64,000 nt of DNA from Pristiophorus japonicus (taxonomy: Eukaryota). The first letter of the stretch is position 1. Each line of letters opens with the position of its first letter. This document shows, in pieces, positions 1 to 12,330 of this stretch. The DNA lies in the NCBI RefSeq assembly GCF_044704955.1, contig NC_091984.1, forward strand, positions 143,468,001 to 143,532,000, in the 5' to 3' direction. A program made the translations under genes and the position numbers. The notes under the pieces are model-generated. The model was not told the origin of the DNA and did not search any database. It saw only the letters and a program-made list of their open reading frames with translations.

Positions 1-2856
1 TATAGACTGCCATGGCCCCTCTACCCTCCTCGTGTGTCCCAACGGAGCCTTCCTCGGTGAGGGTGTGGATTGTTTGTGGCACATACCAGACAATTCTGGC
101 AATAATCCCTGACATCACTTCTAAGCCCGGGCCACCATCCCACGGCTTCTACTTTATTCCACATTGTTTCTGGCCCTGGATGTCCAGCTCCTGGACCCAC
201 ATGCACCAGCTGCAAGAATTCTTCCCTGCACTGCCCTGGCACGATCCAACTATCTCCCTTGAACAACATTCCTTGCTTTACTGCTATGTCTGCAGCTCCC
301 AAAGGTCCCACTGCAGACTTCCCGTCTATTTTGTCCCTAATCGCTGCTCTAAGGTCTGCATCCTGTAGCTGAGCCTGTTTTAAATCAGGCGGCAATGGGA
401 CTTCTTTGGGCCTCTCTCTGCCTGTTACAGCCGTGATCTGTCCACAGTGACATGGGTCCCAAGGTGTCCCTTCTCCTGCCCCTGTTTTAGCCAGTGTGTC
501 TGCTTTCTCATTCCCTTCCCACTTGGGCTCTGTCTTAGAGTGTGCTTTGACCTTTTGGATGTAGTCACCCTTCTGGTCCGTACCCTTGACGTGCAAAATG
601 ACTTTTAACAATGGAACCATCACCAACCATTTTCCATCTGAGGGCTTAAACCCTCGCCTCGCCAATATGGCTAAATACTCTGTACAGGAGTTAGAAATGA
701 ACATGGAGTCTGAACATATCGTATAGGGAGTTGGGAATTCGTTCGGGTGTGTGACTACATACGCTACTGCTGCTAGCTCGGTCTGCTGCGTACTTAAAGT
801 GTTGGGGATTTTATGGCTTTCTCCATCACTGCCTCTGGATCGTAAATCCCACAGCCTGTCTTTCTCTCTCTGTTTATTACTGAACTGGACCCATCTACAT
901 AGACGTCCCTGCCTGTCAGGTGTTCTCCTGCTCAGAATCCCACATCTACATCCCACACTCCTTCCACTGAACACACATGAGCTGCCCCTGGATAAACCAG
1001 GTTCGGGGCGAGCTTTAATTCTCCTGGCCTCTCGACCTTCAGGTCTAACTGAGTAAGCAACAATGTCCAGCGGGCAATCCTGTTACTGCTCACTGTCCCA
1101 TCTTTCATTCTACCATCCAGTAACACTTGTGTTGTGGTGTGACAGGTCAGTAAAGTTACTGTAGCTAACCCTGTGAGCGACCGAAAATGCTTCACTGCCC
1201 AACATATTACTAACAGATGTCGTTCGCAATTCGAAAAGCTCTTTTCTATTTCGGTGAGAACTCGGGAGACGTAGGCCACCGGTCTCAGCTTGCTGTGTCG
1301 CTCCTGGAGTAACACTGCACTCAAACTGTCCCCAGTCATTGCTACCTCCAGACTAAAGTCCTGGTCCCCATTTACTGCTCCCGACGCTGGTGCTGTCTGT
1401 AACACCTCTTTTAACCAAATGAAAGTTTCCTGACAACTCTCACTCCATTCCCACTCTACTCCTTTCCTAAGAAGCCTCAACAAAGGAGCTGCCATAGTTA
1501 TATATCCCTCTATGAATTCCCTGCAGTAACCCGTTATTCCCAGGAAAGACCTTACTCCAGAAACGTCCTTCGGAACAGGTAGTTCCTGGACTGACTTTCT
1601 CTTCGCTCCATCTATGGCCCTTTCTCCTGCCCTAATGGTCAAACCTAGAAACTGCACCTCCTCTTTGCCTATTTGAGCTTTCTTGGGACTGACTTTAAAA
1701 CCTGCTTCTTTCAACAAATGCAGTAACTCACTGAATAAGGGCCCGTGGTCCTCCGCACTTTCGGAGAATAACAACAGGTTGTCCACGTATTGGACCAACC
1801 GGTCTGGCTGACTAAAACCGTTTAATGCCTCGGCCATACTTTGGTGGAAGATCGAGGGACTGTTGTGAAACCCTTGTGGAAGACATGTCCACTTATACTG
1901 CTGACCTTTAAAGGTAAAGGTCGATTTATACTGGTCCTCCCATCTCAGGAGAATGGACCAAAACCCGTTTGAAATGTCCAGCACTGTGAAAGTTGTTGTG
2001 GCCGCAGGGATACTCCCGATCAAATCCGCTACCACTGCTACCGTGGGCGCACAGGCTGGAATATTTTTATTCAGGTTTCGGTCATCTACCGTGGCCCTCC
2101 ATGAGTTATCGGGCTTCTTTACTGGCCATAGGGGTGAGTTTACATGTGTGGCTATGGTCCTCAACACACCTTGATCCACCAGGGAATTTATAGCAGTTTC
2201 CAAATCCCTTTCTGCTTCCCGGGGAAAATTATACTGTTTCTGGGGTCGTGTCATCCAATCCCCATCTATCTTCACCTCCACCCTAGATACTCTCCCGCAA
2301 TCGTGCTTGTGAATTGCAAACGCATCCATATTCTCCTGTACATACCTTGATACCGGGCCGGAATGTTATCTACTAATCGTTCTCAGTCATAACTCTCTTT
2401 CGGCTTCATCGTGCAGGTGCTACCTTTGTCTGTACTGTCCCTGGGAATCACTACGATCTCTCCCATCTTATCTGCATCAACTGCCCCCCATAGACAATTG
2501 TTTTTCATATCCACTATGGTGTGGTGTGCCAACATGTAGTCGGTCCCGAGAACTCCCGAACCGGGCTGTTCCCACTTCATTAAAATGCCCTCCCATTTCA
2601 TTATGTTCGGTCTTAACTCTACGGTTGAGGGTTTCCACACTGCCCCAGCCTGCTCATTACCCGTAAAACCCACCAGTGTAAATGGTACTCCGCTCAACCA
2701 CGGGGAAGTGGTCGGATTCGGTGAGTGGACAACCGTGCTAGAGGCTCCTGTATCTACTAGATCCCTTCCCCTAATTGTTTCCACCTTCACATCCACACAT
2801 GGCCTGCCCCACCCATCATATATGAGCAGACACAGGTATTCTGGCTGGGCACACCG
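1..2856 (-). pseudogene. pol: pol (protease, RT, RNase H-like tether, second RNase H, integrase N-terminus), disrupted
   Basis: ORF 2383..2796 (LVDTGAS protease); 932..2329 (LPQGFHNSP, YVDN, LRPVAYVSR); 21..974 (TELAAV..SDS..KVKAH..GNEKADTLA RNase H, then H..H..C..C integrase zinc finger). Confidence 0.92.
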
Positions 2857-4516
2857 TCACAGTGGGGGTGCCGACACATTGGGTCCCTTTTCTCCCACTG
2901 CTGCGTCCAGCTTTCCTCCACCCGTGCCCATAACCTGCTGTAATGCGGCCACTAAAACCTGCACTGGGTCGTCGGCTACCTTCTTCTGGCCTTTTCCTGC
3001 CTCAGCACCTCGTACCCTGGCTTCCCTCCTTTAGAGAGCCTACAATCCTTGCTCCAGTGTCCCAACTTCCCACAGTTAAAACACTCGCCTTTAGATCGAC
3101 CCGCATTACCTCCCTCTTGTCTCCATTCTTTCTATGGCCTAACCTCTCCTTTTACTTCGTGTACCTTCCCGTTTAGTTTCTCCTCCTCCCCTTGCCTGGA
3201 CTTAAAGCGAGAGTTAATCTTCTCAGCACCCCTGCCTCTGTATTCTGGAGATGGTCTGGGTCAAACCATACTTCGACCTTTGCTCTGAGCTGTGGCAAAC
3301 AGTTACCATTACGGTTCTCAGCCAATGGTTCCTGGGTTCCTCTATTAAATCTGCCCACACCAGATTTCCTCCAGCAGCCCTTAAATAAATCACCCACAGT
3401 CTGTCTGCAAACGTATCGGGTGATTCGTTTACTTGCTGCCTAGTCTGTTCTACCTGCCAGAACGGACTACCCTGACTGTACCCGAGCACTGCCATCATTT
3501 GCTCCTTTAAGCCCTGTGGGGTTCCTGCACCTAACTTGGTGGCTGTCGACAAGCTCTGATAAAGCTTCCCCTCCAGCGAGAGCAGTGTTAGCTGCACTTT
3601 CTCCTCCTCGCTGCAGTTATTGATACCCGCTATCTGCTCTATATTAGTAAAATGAACAGAGGCATCTCCTCCTTGCTTTAACTGTACTATACCCGTCAGC
3701 ATCTCCTGCAGCTGAAGCGGTGTGTATGGGATCACTAGTCGCTCTGTAATGGTGCCGGACCACCATTTGGGGGGGTGGCCTGAATTTCTGCTGTCTCAAA
3801 GGACACATAGGTTTCAGGGGTCCCGGTGCCTCGGGAGCCGGCCGATGCTCGTGATACTCGGGCCCATAATCTGACTCTTTCCCCTCTGGATCCCAATCTT
3901 CCTCGCCTGTTCCGGGTGCCCTGAGACAAACCATCCCTTTGGTCCCGTCTAACTCTGCCGTTAATTGGTGGATTTTTTCCTTACAAGGTCCGTGATCTGC
4001 TCTCGCGTAACCCTGTTTCTGGGCTACGTGATAGGCTATCGACTCTCCTGACCTGGTCCTCTGCCTCTTGGCTCTTTCTAAATGCCTTTCACTTTGTTCA
4101 ATGTGGGTCTGCTGCTGCTTTTTGTACTCGGTCACCTGGCATTGTAAATACTCAAGGTGATTCCGTGCTGTTTCTTCCTTCCTACCCTGGTCCTGCCTTT
4201 CCTTCTCCAAACTGCCTACCTCGCCCTTTAACCCTTTATTCTCCTTCTCCAGCTTTCCTACCCTTTCTCTCAACAGTTGTGTCTGCTTCTGCAGGCACAT
4301 GAGCCAAACCTCCTTCTCTTTTGACCCTTTGTGGTTACTACTGACTGTCCACTCTGCTGTTTTTTCCTGCGGATCCCCAGAGTGCAGCATTTCCCGTGCC
4401 CATAGCCCTGAAATGTTCAATTTGTTGCCTATATATCCAGCTACCTTAGCCTCCATGGACTTCCTACGATGGCTGTTAGCTGCGGGCTCTACCGCGCTTT
4501 GCTGCGGTGAGTCCAT
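2857..4516 (-). pseudogene. gag: gag, frameshifted, with C-terminal zinc knuckle
   Basis: ORFs 3644..4516 (coiled-coil-rich) and 3223..3735; CFNCGKLGHWSKDC encoded at ~3042-3084 minus; TGA at 2859-2857. Confidence 0.8.
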
Positions 4517-4544
4517 TTCCAGTGCCTCTGGCTGAGAAATTCTC

Positions 4545-5300
4545 TCTGACTACCTTGGTGTCCCCTGAGACCACCTCGCAGTGACCTGCGGTTCCTGTTA
4601 CTTTGGCTTCTCTCTGTGGCTACCCTAGTCGACCCGAGACTACTCCAGCATGTCAGAGACTTTCTCTCCTGGTCCCCTAGTCGCCCTTGAGATCACCTTT
4701 GGCCTCCCTGAGACGACCCCGTGACAATATTGGCTTTTCTCTGTGACTACCCCAGTCAACCGAGATTACTCCAGACTATCCGAGACTGTTTCTCCCTCAG
4801 GCTGCCCTGGCTGCCTGTGAGATTATCCCTGGCCTCCCTGACACCCTGCGCAGACTACCTGCGATTACTTCTCCCAGTGGCTGCCCTAGTCAGCCGGAGC
4901 TCTTCGGCTACTCCTGGTCCCCCTTGAGATTCCCTTGGTCTCCCTGAGACCCCTGCGCAGACTACCTGTGATTACTTCACCCGGTGGCTGCCCTAGTCAG
5001 CCGGAGCTCTTCGGCTACTCCTGGTCCCCCTTGAGATTCCCTTGGTCTCCCTGAGACCCCTTCGCAGACTACCTGCGGCTTTCTCGGTGGCTACACTCGT
5101 CAAGCCAGGATTACTCCAGCCTACCCAAGACTGTTCCTTCGTCTGCTGGCTGCCCTAGCTGCCCTTGAGAGTACAATGGTCTCCCTCAGACCACTGAGCA
5201 ACTACCTGAGACTTCTTTTCTCAGTGGCTACCCTAATCGACTCAAGCCTATCAGACCCTGTTACTCTCCTGGTCGCCCTAGCCGCCCTGGAGAAGATCCT
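4545..5300. repeat. 107-bp tandem repeat in the element's 5' leader
   Basis: cagactacct recurs at 4851, 4958, 5065; degenerate copies on both sides. Confidence 0.85.
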
Positions 5301-5392
5301 TTTCGACCACCTTAGCCGACCTTAGACATAACCAAGCCTCCCTCGGGGTTTTTGCTCTGGTATGTGTCCGTAATACTATTCCCAAAGCCGAG

Positions 5393-5410
5393 GTCCTGCC
5401 GCGGTCACCA
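5393..5410 (-). promoter_or_regulatory. Primer-binding site (tRNA identity ambiguous, Trp- or Ser-like)
   Basis: Minus strand TGGTGACCGCGGCAGGAC, 5 nt after LTR end ...CCTACA. Confidence 0.7.
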
Positions 5411-6738
5411 ATTTCTGTAGGTAGTTTATTTTTCACTCTACTCTGATTCTTAGACCTGGGAACTTGTAGTGGGAAAGGACAACACGTGGCACAACATTTA
5501 GGCTTTACCCAGTGTCAGTTTTATTATGCACAAAAACCGTCGAAAACTACAGGACTAGACTTCTGAGAGAAATCGACTGAATTCATACAATTGCCCTTCC
5601 TGGCTGTAGCTATTGTAGGTCCGTGGTCATTGGTTCCGTGACCGGTTGGTTCTTCTTCTGGCCGTTCTCTGCAGTGCTGTTACTTCTGTGTACGTTTCGT
5701 ACAACATGTTCCTCCGTCCATTCGTCTGTTCGTGCTTTCAACCTGTGTCCATCTGTACATGTGTCCTTCTACTTCTTCTGTGTGCTTCTTCTTCCGTCTG
5801 TTCCTGTCCTTGTTCCATCTCCTGCTGAGCTGCTTCGAGCTCACATATTTATATCCAGGTTATGACTGATCTCCCGCCACTGCGCTTTCTGATAAAGTGT
5901 TTGCATCAATACATTGTTTTGTGGTCCCCTTGGTTGATTGATTACAATAATGAACTCGTCTGTTTTCCCATTTGCACACTGAGTCTGCAAGGCTCAAGTT
6001 GATTTCTCATCTTAACACCTCATCCTAAAAAATGTGCAACTGTTGTGGTTCCTTTGTTGTCAGGTCCTTTTACAGACTTGGGGCTAGAACCTCCTCTTTT
6101 ATTGCCTGTTTAATGCACACTTAACACCCATTTTACCACTGAAATGACATATAATGCCCAGATATCACCCATTTTGGCACAAAATGGAAACTGACGGGCT
6201 TTTTTAGGAGACTTGTCGCCGAGCGTTACTTTCCCAATGGGCTTAACGCAGAGAATAAATATTATCGCCCACCTACTTTTTTGGGGCGGAATCAGCAGAA
6301 TGGGCAAATTCAACGCCCATATTATCACCCAGCGTTACTTTCCTCATGGAATTAATGCCGAGATTCAACATTAACACCCGCCGACTGTTTTTTGTCATGA
6401 ACAGCATATTTCCCCAAAGTAACGGCCATGGAGATCACCCACCGTCAATTTCACCACCTCGTACACATATCGCCCACAATATCGCTCGCTCAAAAAACCA
6501 CCCACAAAAAGTGGAACTAACCAGAACGAATCACAGCGTTATGGACGCCATGATGTAGATCACATGTCGCGTCCTTTCACCTCGGCGGAGTTCAGATGTA
6601 CTCTGCAGGTCGTTGGAGTTGATTTGAACATCTCTGAAAACATCTTGACCACACTGTGACCGATTGGAATTGAAGAGGTGTGCTCGTCGGGACATTCTTT
6701 GCTTGTGTGCAATCGGTGACAGACACAGAGCTACTGCA

Positions 6739-7933
6739 ATGGGGCCTGTCCTTTCTCACTCTCTCTTGGTGACCAAATATATGCAGCAGACTCAACATCG
6801 CTGAAGGAACGCTACATTGCATTATGTGCCCAATGTACGAAATAACAGACAGATGAGGAGGACCAGACGTTACACCCCCCGCAAGTACAAGGAGAAGCAT
6901 TCTTACCTCGACTTGCCCGACACCACCTGCCTTCGGAGACTGCGCTTCCACAAAGAGGTTATCACTGAGGTATGCCAGCTGATAAGGGCAGGCCTACAGC
7001 CTGGCAGCACCATCAGAACTGCACTGTCCGTCGAGGTCAAAGTCACCACGCCACTATCGTTCTATGCCTCGGGTTCTTTTCAGGCCACAGCTGGTGACAT
7101 TTGCAGACTTTCTCAGCATGCCACACATTGCTGCATTAGACAGGTCACTGAAGCCCTGTACACACGCAGGAGGGACTTGATCAGCTTCTCTATGACCAGG
7201 AAGGCACAGAGTGAGAGGGTTCGAGGTTTCTCCAGAATTGCAAACTTCCCCAAGATGCAGGGAGCAATAGACTGTACGCACATCGCGATGTGGGCACCTT
7301 TTCAGGATGCCGCAAGGGATTCCACTCCCTGAATGTCCAGCTGGTTGTCGACCACCAGCAAATTATACTGGCAGTGAATGCTCAATTTCTGGGCAGCATC
7401 CATGCTGCACACATCCTGCGTGAGAGCATTGTATCTGACTTGTTTAACATTGAGCCACAAGGTCAATGCTGGAAACTTGGGGCCAAAGGATATGGCCTTG
7501 CCACCTGGCTGATGACCCCCTGCGTGACACCCACACTGAGGCCGAGAGGTGATACAACGAGAGCCACAGAGCAACTCGCAATATTGTGGAGAAAACCATT
7601 GGAGTGCTGAAGCAGCGCTTTCGATGCCTGGACCACTCAGGTGGTGAGCTCCAATACTACCCTGAGCAGGTAGCTCAATTCGTGGTGATGTGCTCCATGC
7701 TACACAACTTGGCTATCAGGAGGGGACAAGAATTGCCTGATGAGCCTGACAGTCCATCTCACCAGAGAGAGGAAGAGGAGGATGAGGAGGCGGACGCCGA
7801 CATCGGATCAGACAATCAGGCTGACGCTGAAGCCATGCCCCCGCCCTTCTGTAGATCGCATGAAAGGGCCCATGGTGGCATGATAGCTGCAAGCGCCTTA
7901 CACCAGGAGCTCATCAATGATCGCTTTGCCTAA
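6739..7933 (+). pseudogene. Harbinger (HARBI1-like) DDE transposase, frameshifted
   Basis: ORFs 6817..7332, 7290..7610, 7586..7933 with FYASGSFQ, GAIDCTHI, RKGFHSLNVQLVVD, EKTIGVLKQRFRCL, CSMLHN; later catalytic Asp positions read HAA and GAKGY. Confidence 0.9.
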
Positions 7934-8208
7934 AAGAATGTTGGTGTTATTTCCACAGCTGACACACTGCTGGGTGTGCAGGTCATAAATTAATCGTGGA
8001 CATCACCTTGGTGACCGTTAAAGTTTACTTTGATTATATCCTTTGATGTTAACAAATCACCAGCGTGTTACGGTACAGCTATCTGAGCCAATGTGCTGCA
8101 AGGTTTTGTTCAATAAAAAACATTTAAACCAAACATTAGTCTGAAAACATCAGTATTTCTGTCCAAACCAACCCTTCCCCCCACCCACCCCGCTTCTTCT
8201 CCCCAACT

Positions 8209-8500
8209 CTACCCCTTCCCCTTCCCCTTCTGACTCCAAGCCGCCTGACCGCGGAGGTTCTCAGGCGATGCTTCATTGGGAGGTGGGAGGTGATGGACAA
8301 AGCACTGCTTGGACGGATATGGGAGAAGATGGTCCCAAGGTGGGAATGTGCTTCGAGCCAGAAGCGAGATGTTGCTCCTGGCTCTCATGTGTGGTTGGCA
8401 ATGGGGTTGCATCACCTTGGGGTGAAGTGCGGCACTCCGGGATCACTGGGAGCCCTCTGCCACCAGTGTTCCTGGCTACCAGCTCCAGGGCCTCCTCCAT
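8209..8500 (-). pseudogene. Possible C-terminal remnant of the convergent Harbinger second (Myb/SANT) ORF
   Basis: Position and convergent orientation inside the element; no Myb domain visible. Confidence 0.35.
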
Positions 8501-10114
8501 CCCTTACATTTTATATGTTATTTGTGGGACAAAAACTCGATGCCAACTATGTTCTTGGTGCTTAGTGCGCTTTTTGCTGTTGATGAATCTCCCTTGTGCC
8601 TCCCACAACAGCCAAACAAACGCACACCACAGACACACACGCTTTCAGTGCCTCTGAGCTCCCTCTCTCTCTGTCTCCTCTTCTGCGTATGTCATGGTTA
8701 CCCTTGACCTCCAGAATCGAGGGAATGGACCATTGCCATGCTGTTGCTAAGGACGACCGCACTTTACAACAGAAGGTCAGAAAAATGTAACGCTGCCGCC
8801 CATTTGAACTCGTTCGCGATAACGGCCATTTTCAAAGATGTAAACTAAGTGTTTTGAGAATGGGCGAGAAGCCGGCGATCTGAAAATCCTTTTTTACCAC
8901 CCACGCCGGAAATCACGCCCATTTTTGGGCACTAAGCTCAAAAGTGGAGGTTCTAGCCCTTGGTGTCTCCAGTGAGCTTGTTTTCCCCACCCTGGTCAAT
9001 CAAGTTCAGGGCCTCACGTAACAACTCCATTCTTGTTATGCATGGAGTCAGTTTTGGTCCCTGACCACAGAATGTCATTAATTGTCCAGCTTCATTCCAA
9101 AAGCAGGTATTAAGCAATTTTTAGTGCATGGTCTCCTTCTGTGCTTTTCTGAAGATTGGTAACCTTACACACAACACCTCACCTCTCCCACCCCCAAAAC
9201 CGCCCCTCACCCAACCCCAACACCGCCCCCAACTCCCACCCCCAACACAACTCCTCTCCATCCCCCAACACCGCCCCTTTCCCACCTCCAACACTCACCT
9301 TAAACTGACACACACAGCAGGCAGGACTTATGTGGGCACATGACCCCCCGCGGGACACATCACCACTGAGGGGTCATGTCCCCTGGCCTCACAATGGAAA
9401 CCATGGCAACACAGAAACCGCAGGGGTGGACCAATCACAGCAAAGTGCTACAGACTGTGCATTTGTGCCTGAGAGAGCAACGAGGAGAGAGCTTCAATCT
9501 ATTTAACCCTTCGATCCCTGGCTGCCATCTGAAAACTAAGCCTGAGTTGGCAGTGGTGGTGACTACATTATTCCCACTGTTATTCTGCCCCCTGCTCATT
9601 CATCTCAACCCCTGTGTTAATGTTTCTCTGCTCAATGGTACTGCTCCCCACGGCAAATCCAACCAGAGAGATTTCTCAGCTGGGTGTGAAACATGGAGAA
9701 GCAGAGATGGGCATGGACTGTGTGGGGGCACTAAAGGACCCACTGGCTCCGACCAATAATAAAACAGTCAGTAAGGACACGGGGAAAAGTGGGGGATGGG
9801 ATCAGATGATGGACCTGGGCAAGTCCGACAAGGAGGCTGTCCTGCCGGCCAGAGCAATGGTGAAATACACTGGCCTCAGCCTGCCTGGCATTGTGGAAGG
9901 GCAGGCAGCTCCGATCCTTACCGTCCCAGACTGTCAGCCAATCACCGTGGCTTCCTCCTTCGGAGAGTTGTTCAAATCTCCACAGGTTTCACAGCTGCAG
10001 CTCACAGACGCATTGGTGAGCAGATTGTTGGGGTGTTTGCTCTACACTTGTCCAGTTTCTGTGTTTCACGGGCCTGGGCAACTTTACAATTGGAGCCCAT
10101 TACTGGTCTCATAA

Positions 10115-10806
10115 AGTGACGGGCACATTGATTAGTCTGAGCTTTCGACCACACATCCGCAGCATAACTAAGACCATCTATTTCCATCTCCACAACATCG
10201 CCCGTCACTAATCCTGCCTCAGCTCATCCGCTGCTGAAACCCTCATCCATGCCTTTGTTACCTCTAGACTCGACTATTCCAATGCTCTCCTGGCTGGTCT
10301 CCCAGATTCTACTCTACGTAAACTAGCGGTGATCCAAAACTCTTCTGCCCGTGTCCTAACTTGCACCAAGTCCCGCTCACCCATCAGCCCTGTGCTCACT
10401 GACCTACATTGGCTCCTGGTTAAGTAATGCCTCGATTTCAAATTTCACATCCTTATTTTTGAATCGCTCCATGACCTCGCCCCTCCCTATCTCTCTAATC
10501 TCCTCCAGCCCCACAACCCCCTCGCGATGTCTGAGCTCCTCTAATTGTGCCCCCCTGATTATAATCGCTCAACCATTGGTGGCCATGCCTTCTTTTGCCT
10601 GGGTCCCAAGCTCTGGAACTCCCTCCCTAAAAATCTCCGCCTCTCTACCTCTCTTTCCTCCTTCAAGATGCTCCTTAAACTCTATCTCCCTGCGCTAATT
10701 TCTACTTATGCGGCTCAGTTTCAAATTTATATCGCATAATACTCCTGTGAAGCACCATGGGATGTTTCACTACGTTAAAGGCGCTATATAAATACAAGTT
10801 GTTGTT
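10115..10806 (+). mobile_element. L2-type LINE 3' fragment
   Basis: Encodes L2-like AAETLIHAFVTSRLDYSN and LHWL motifs; ends in ...gcgctatataaatacaagttgttgtt tail. Confidence 0.75.
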
Positions 10807-11130
10807 GGGAAAAACAGAACCACAACTGTTTGTAGACAAAACCCACGCAAGGATCCAACCGCTCTGCGATGCCGTGTGATAAAGTGCGGGCTGAAGCTCT
10901 CAGTGTGCTGGGGAACTTGGCCATGGGGGGAATCGGAGGGTCCAGGTGTTGCTGCACCTGGATGGAAACAGTGAGCAGGTCACCAGGTCCTGTTGTTCAA
11001 CACTGCGCTCGGTATTCCCACGTATTGGACCTGCCGAGGCTTCCTCAGTAACTGGGAATGATCCAGGGGAACCCAACAGGGGCTACATGGACTTCCTCAG
11101 TAACTGAGAATGATCCAGGGGAACCCAACA

Positions 11131-12325
11131 GGAACATACCATTATTGTCCCCGAGGGGGGCAAGAGGAGAGGGAAAGGTGAGGAACATACCACTATTTTC
11201 CCCGGGGGGGAGAGGAGAAGGAGAGGTGAGGAACTACAATTGTTTTCATCGTGGAGGGAGAAGAGGTGAGTACATACCATTATTTTCCCCGGGGGAGGGA
11301 GCGAATGGGGAGAGGTGAGGAACATACCATTATTGTCCCCGGGGGAGGGGGCGGGGGGGCGAGAGGAGAGGGAGAGATGCGGAACATACCATTATTGTCC
11401 ACAGGGGTGGGGGTGGTGAAGAGGAGACGGAGACTTGAGGAACATACAATTATTGACCCGGGGAGACGAAGAGAGAGAGCGGTGAGGATCATACCATTAT
11501 TGTCCCTGGGGTGGGGGAGAGGGAGAGGTGCGGAACATACCATTATTTTCCCAGGGAGGGAGGGGGTAGAGGAGAGGGAGAGGTGAGAAACATACCATTA
11601 TTGTCCCCGGGGGGGAGGGGCGAAGAAGGAGAGCGGGTTGACTTATGAGGAATGGTTGAGTAGGTTGAGCCACCACTCATTGGAATTCAGAAGAAAGAGA
11701 GGTGATCTTATCAAAACATATCAGATTATGAGGGGGCTTGACAAGGTGGATGCAGAGAGGATGTTTCCACTGATGGGAGAGACTAGAACTAGAGGGCATA
11801 ATCTGAGAATAGGAGGCCGCCCATTTAAAACTGAGATGAGGAGGAATATCTTCTCTCAGAGGCTGGTGGATCGGTGGAATTCACTGCCTCAGAGAGCTGT
11901 GGAAGCTGGGACATTAAATACATTTTAGACAGAAATACAGTTTCTTAAATGATAACGGGTTATGGGGAACCGGCAGGGAAGTTCACCTGAGTCCATGATC
12001 GGATCAGCCATGATCGTATTAAATGGCGGAGCAGGCTCGAGGGGCGGTGTGGCCAACTCCTGCTCCTATTTCTTCAGTTCTTATGAGAGGTGAGGAACAT
12101 ACCATTATTGTCCCCGGGAGGGGGTGGGAGAGGAGAGGGAGAGGTGAGGAATAAACCATTATTGTCCCCGGGAGGGGGTGGGAGAGGAGAGGGAGAGGTG
12201 AGGAATAAACCATTATTGTCCCTGGGTGGGGGGAGGGAGGGAGAGAGAGAGAAAGAGAGAGGGAGGGGAGCGTTGAAGAACATACGTTATTGTCCTGGGG
12301 GGCGGGGGGGTGAGTGGAGAGGTGA
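11131..12325. repeat. G-rich ~45-55 bp minisatellite (gaggtgaggaacataccattattgtccccgggg...)
   Basis: Core aacataccattattgtcccc recurs more than 12 times; split by a CR1 fragment. Confidence 0.9.
11635..12083 (+). mobile_element. CR1 LINE 3' fragment inserted in the minisatellite
   Basis: ORF 11638..11928 SLEFRRKRGDLI..FSQRLVDRWNSLP plus CR1 3' tail. Confidence 0.9.
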
Positions 12326-12330
12326 AGAAT

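Larger units (their letters stand above)
6081..8959 (+). mobile_element. PIF/Harbinger DNA transposon (2879 bp)
   Basis: 20-bp TIRs gggctagaacctcctctttt / aaaagtggaggttctagccc (19/20); 3-bp TSD TTG at 6078-6080 and 8960-8962. Confidence 0.93.
1..9169 (-). mobile_element. Retrovirus-like LTR element (ERV/Gypsy-related): 5' LTR, PBS, gag and pol; runs off the left edge inside integrase
   Basis: Ordered LTR-PBS-gag(CCHC)-PR-RT-RH-RH-IN on minus strand; multiple stops and frameshifts. Confidence 0.92.
5416..9169 (-). repeat. 5' LTR (~870 bp after removing the Harbinger insertion)
   Basis: Plus-strand termini tgtagg (5416) and ccttaca (9169); minus-strand TATAAA near 5850; adjacent PBS. Outer end inferred because the partner LTR is outside the window. 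Confidence 0.65.

Noticed and set aside
6739-7933. Host HARBI1 gene or RAG-related transposase beside an Ig locus
   Set aside because: Frameshifted, bounded by TIRs and TSD; RAG derives from Transib, not Harbinger
9780-10110. Possible decayed Ig-like exon on minus (SVEQTP.., FHNARQAEASVFHHC)
   Set aside because: Motifs fall in different frames with stops; no RSS or clear Cys/Trp framework
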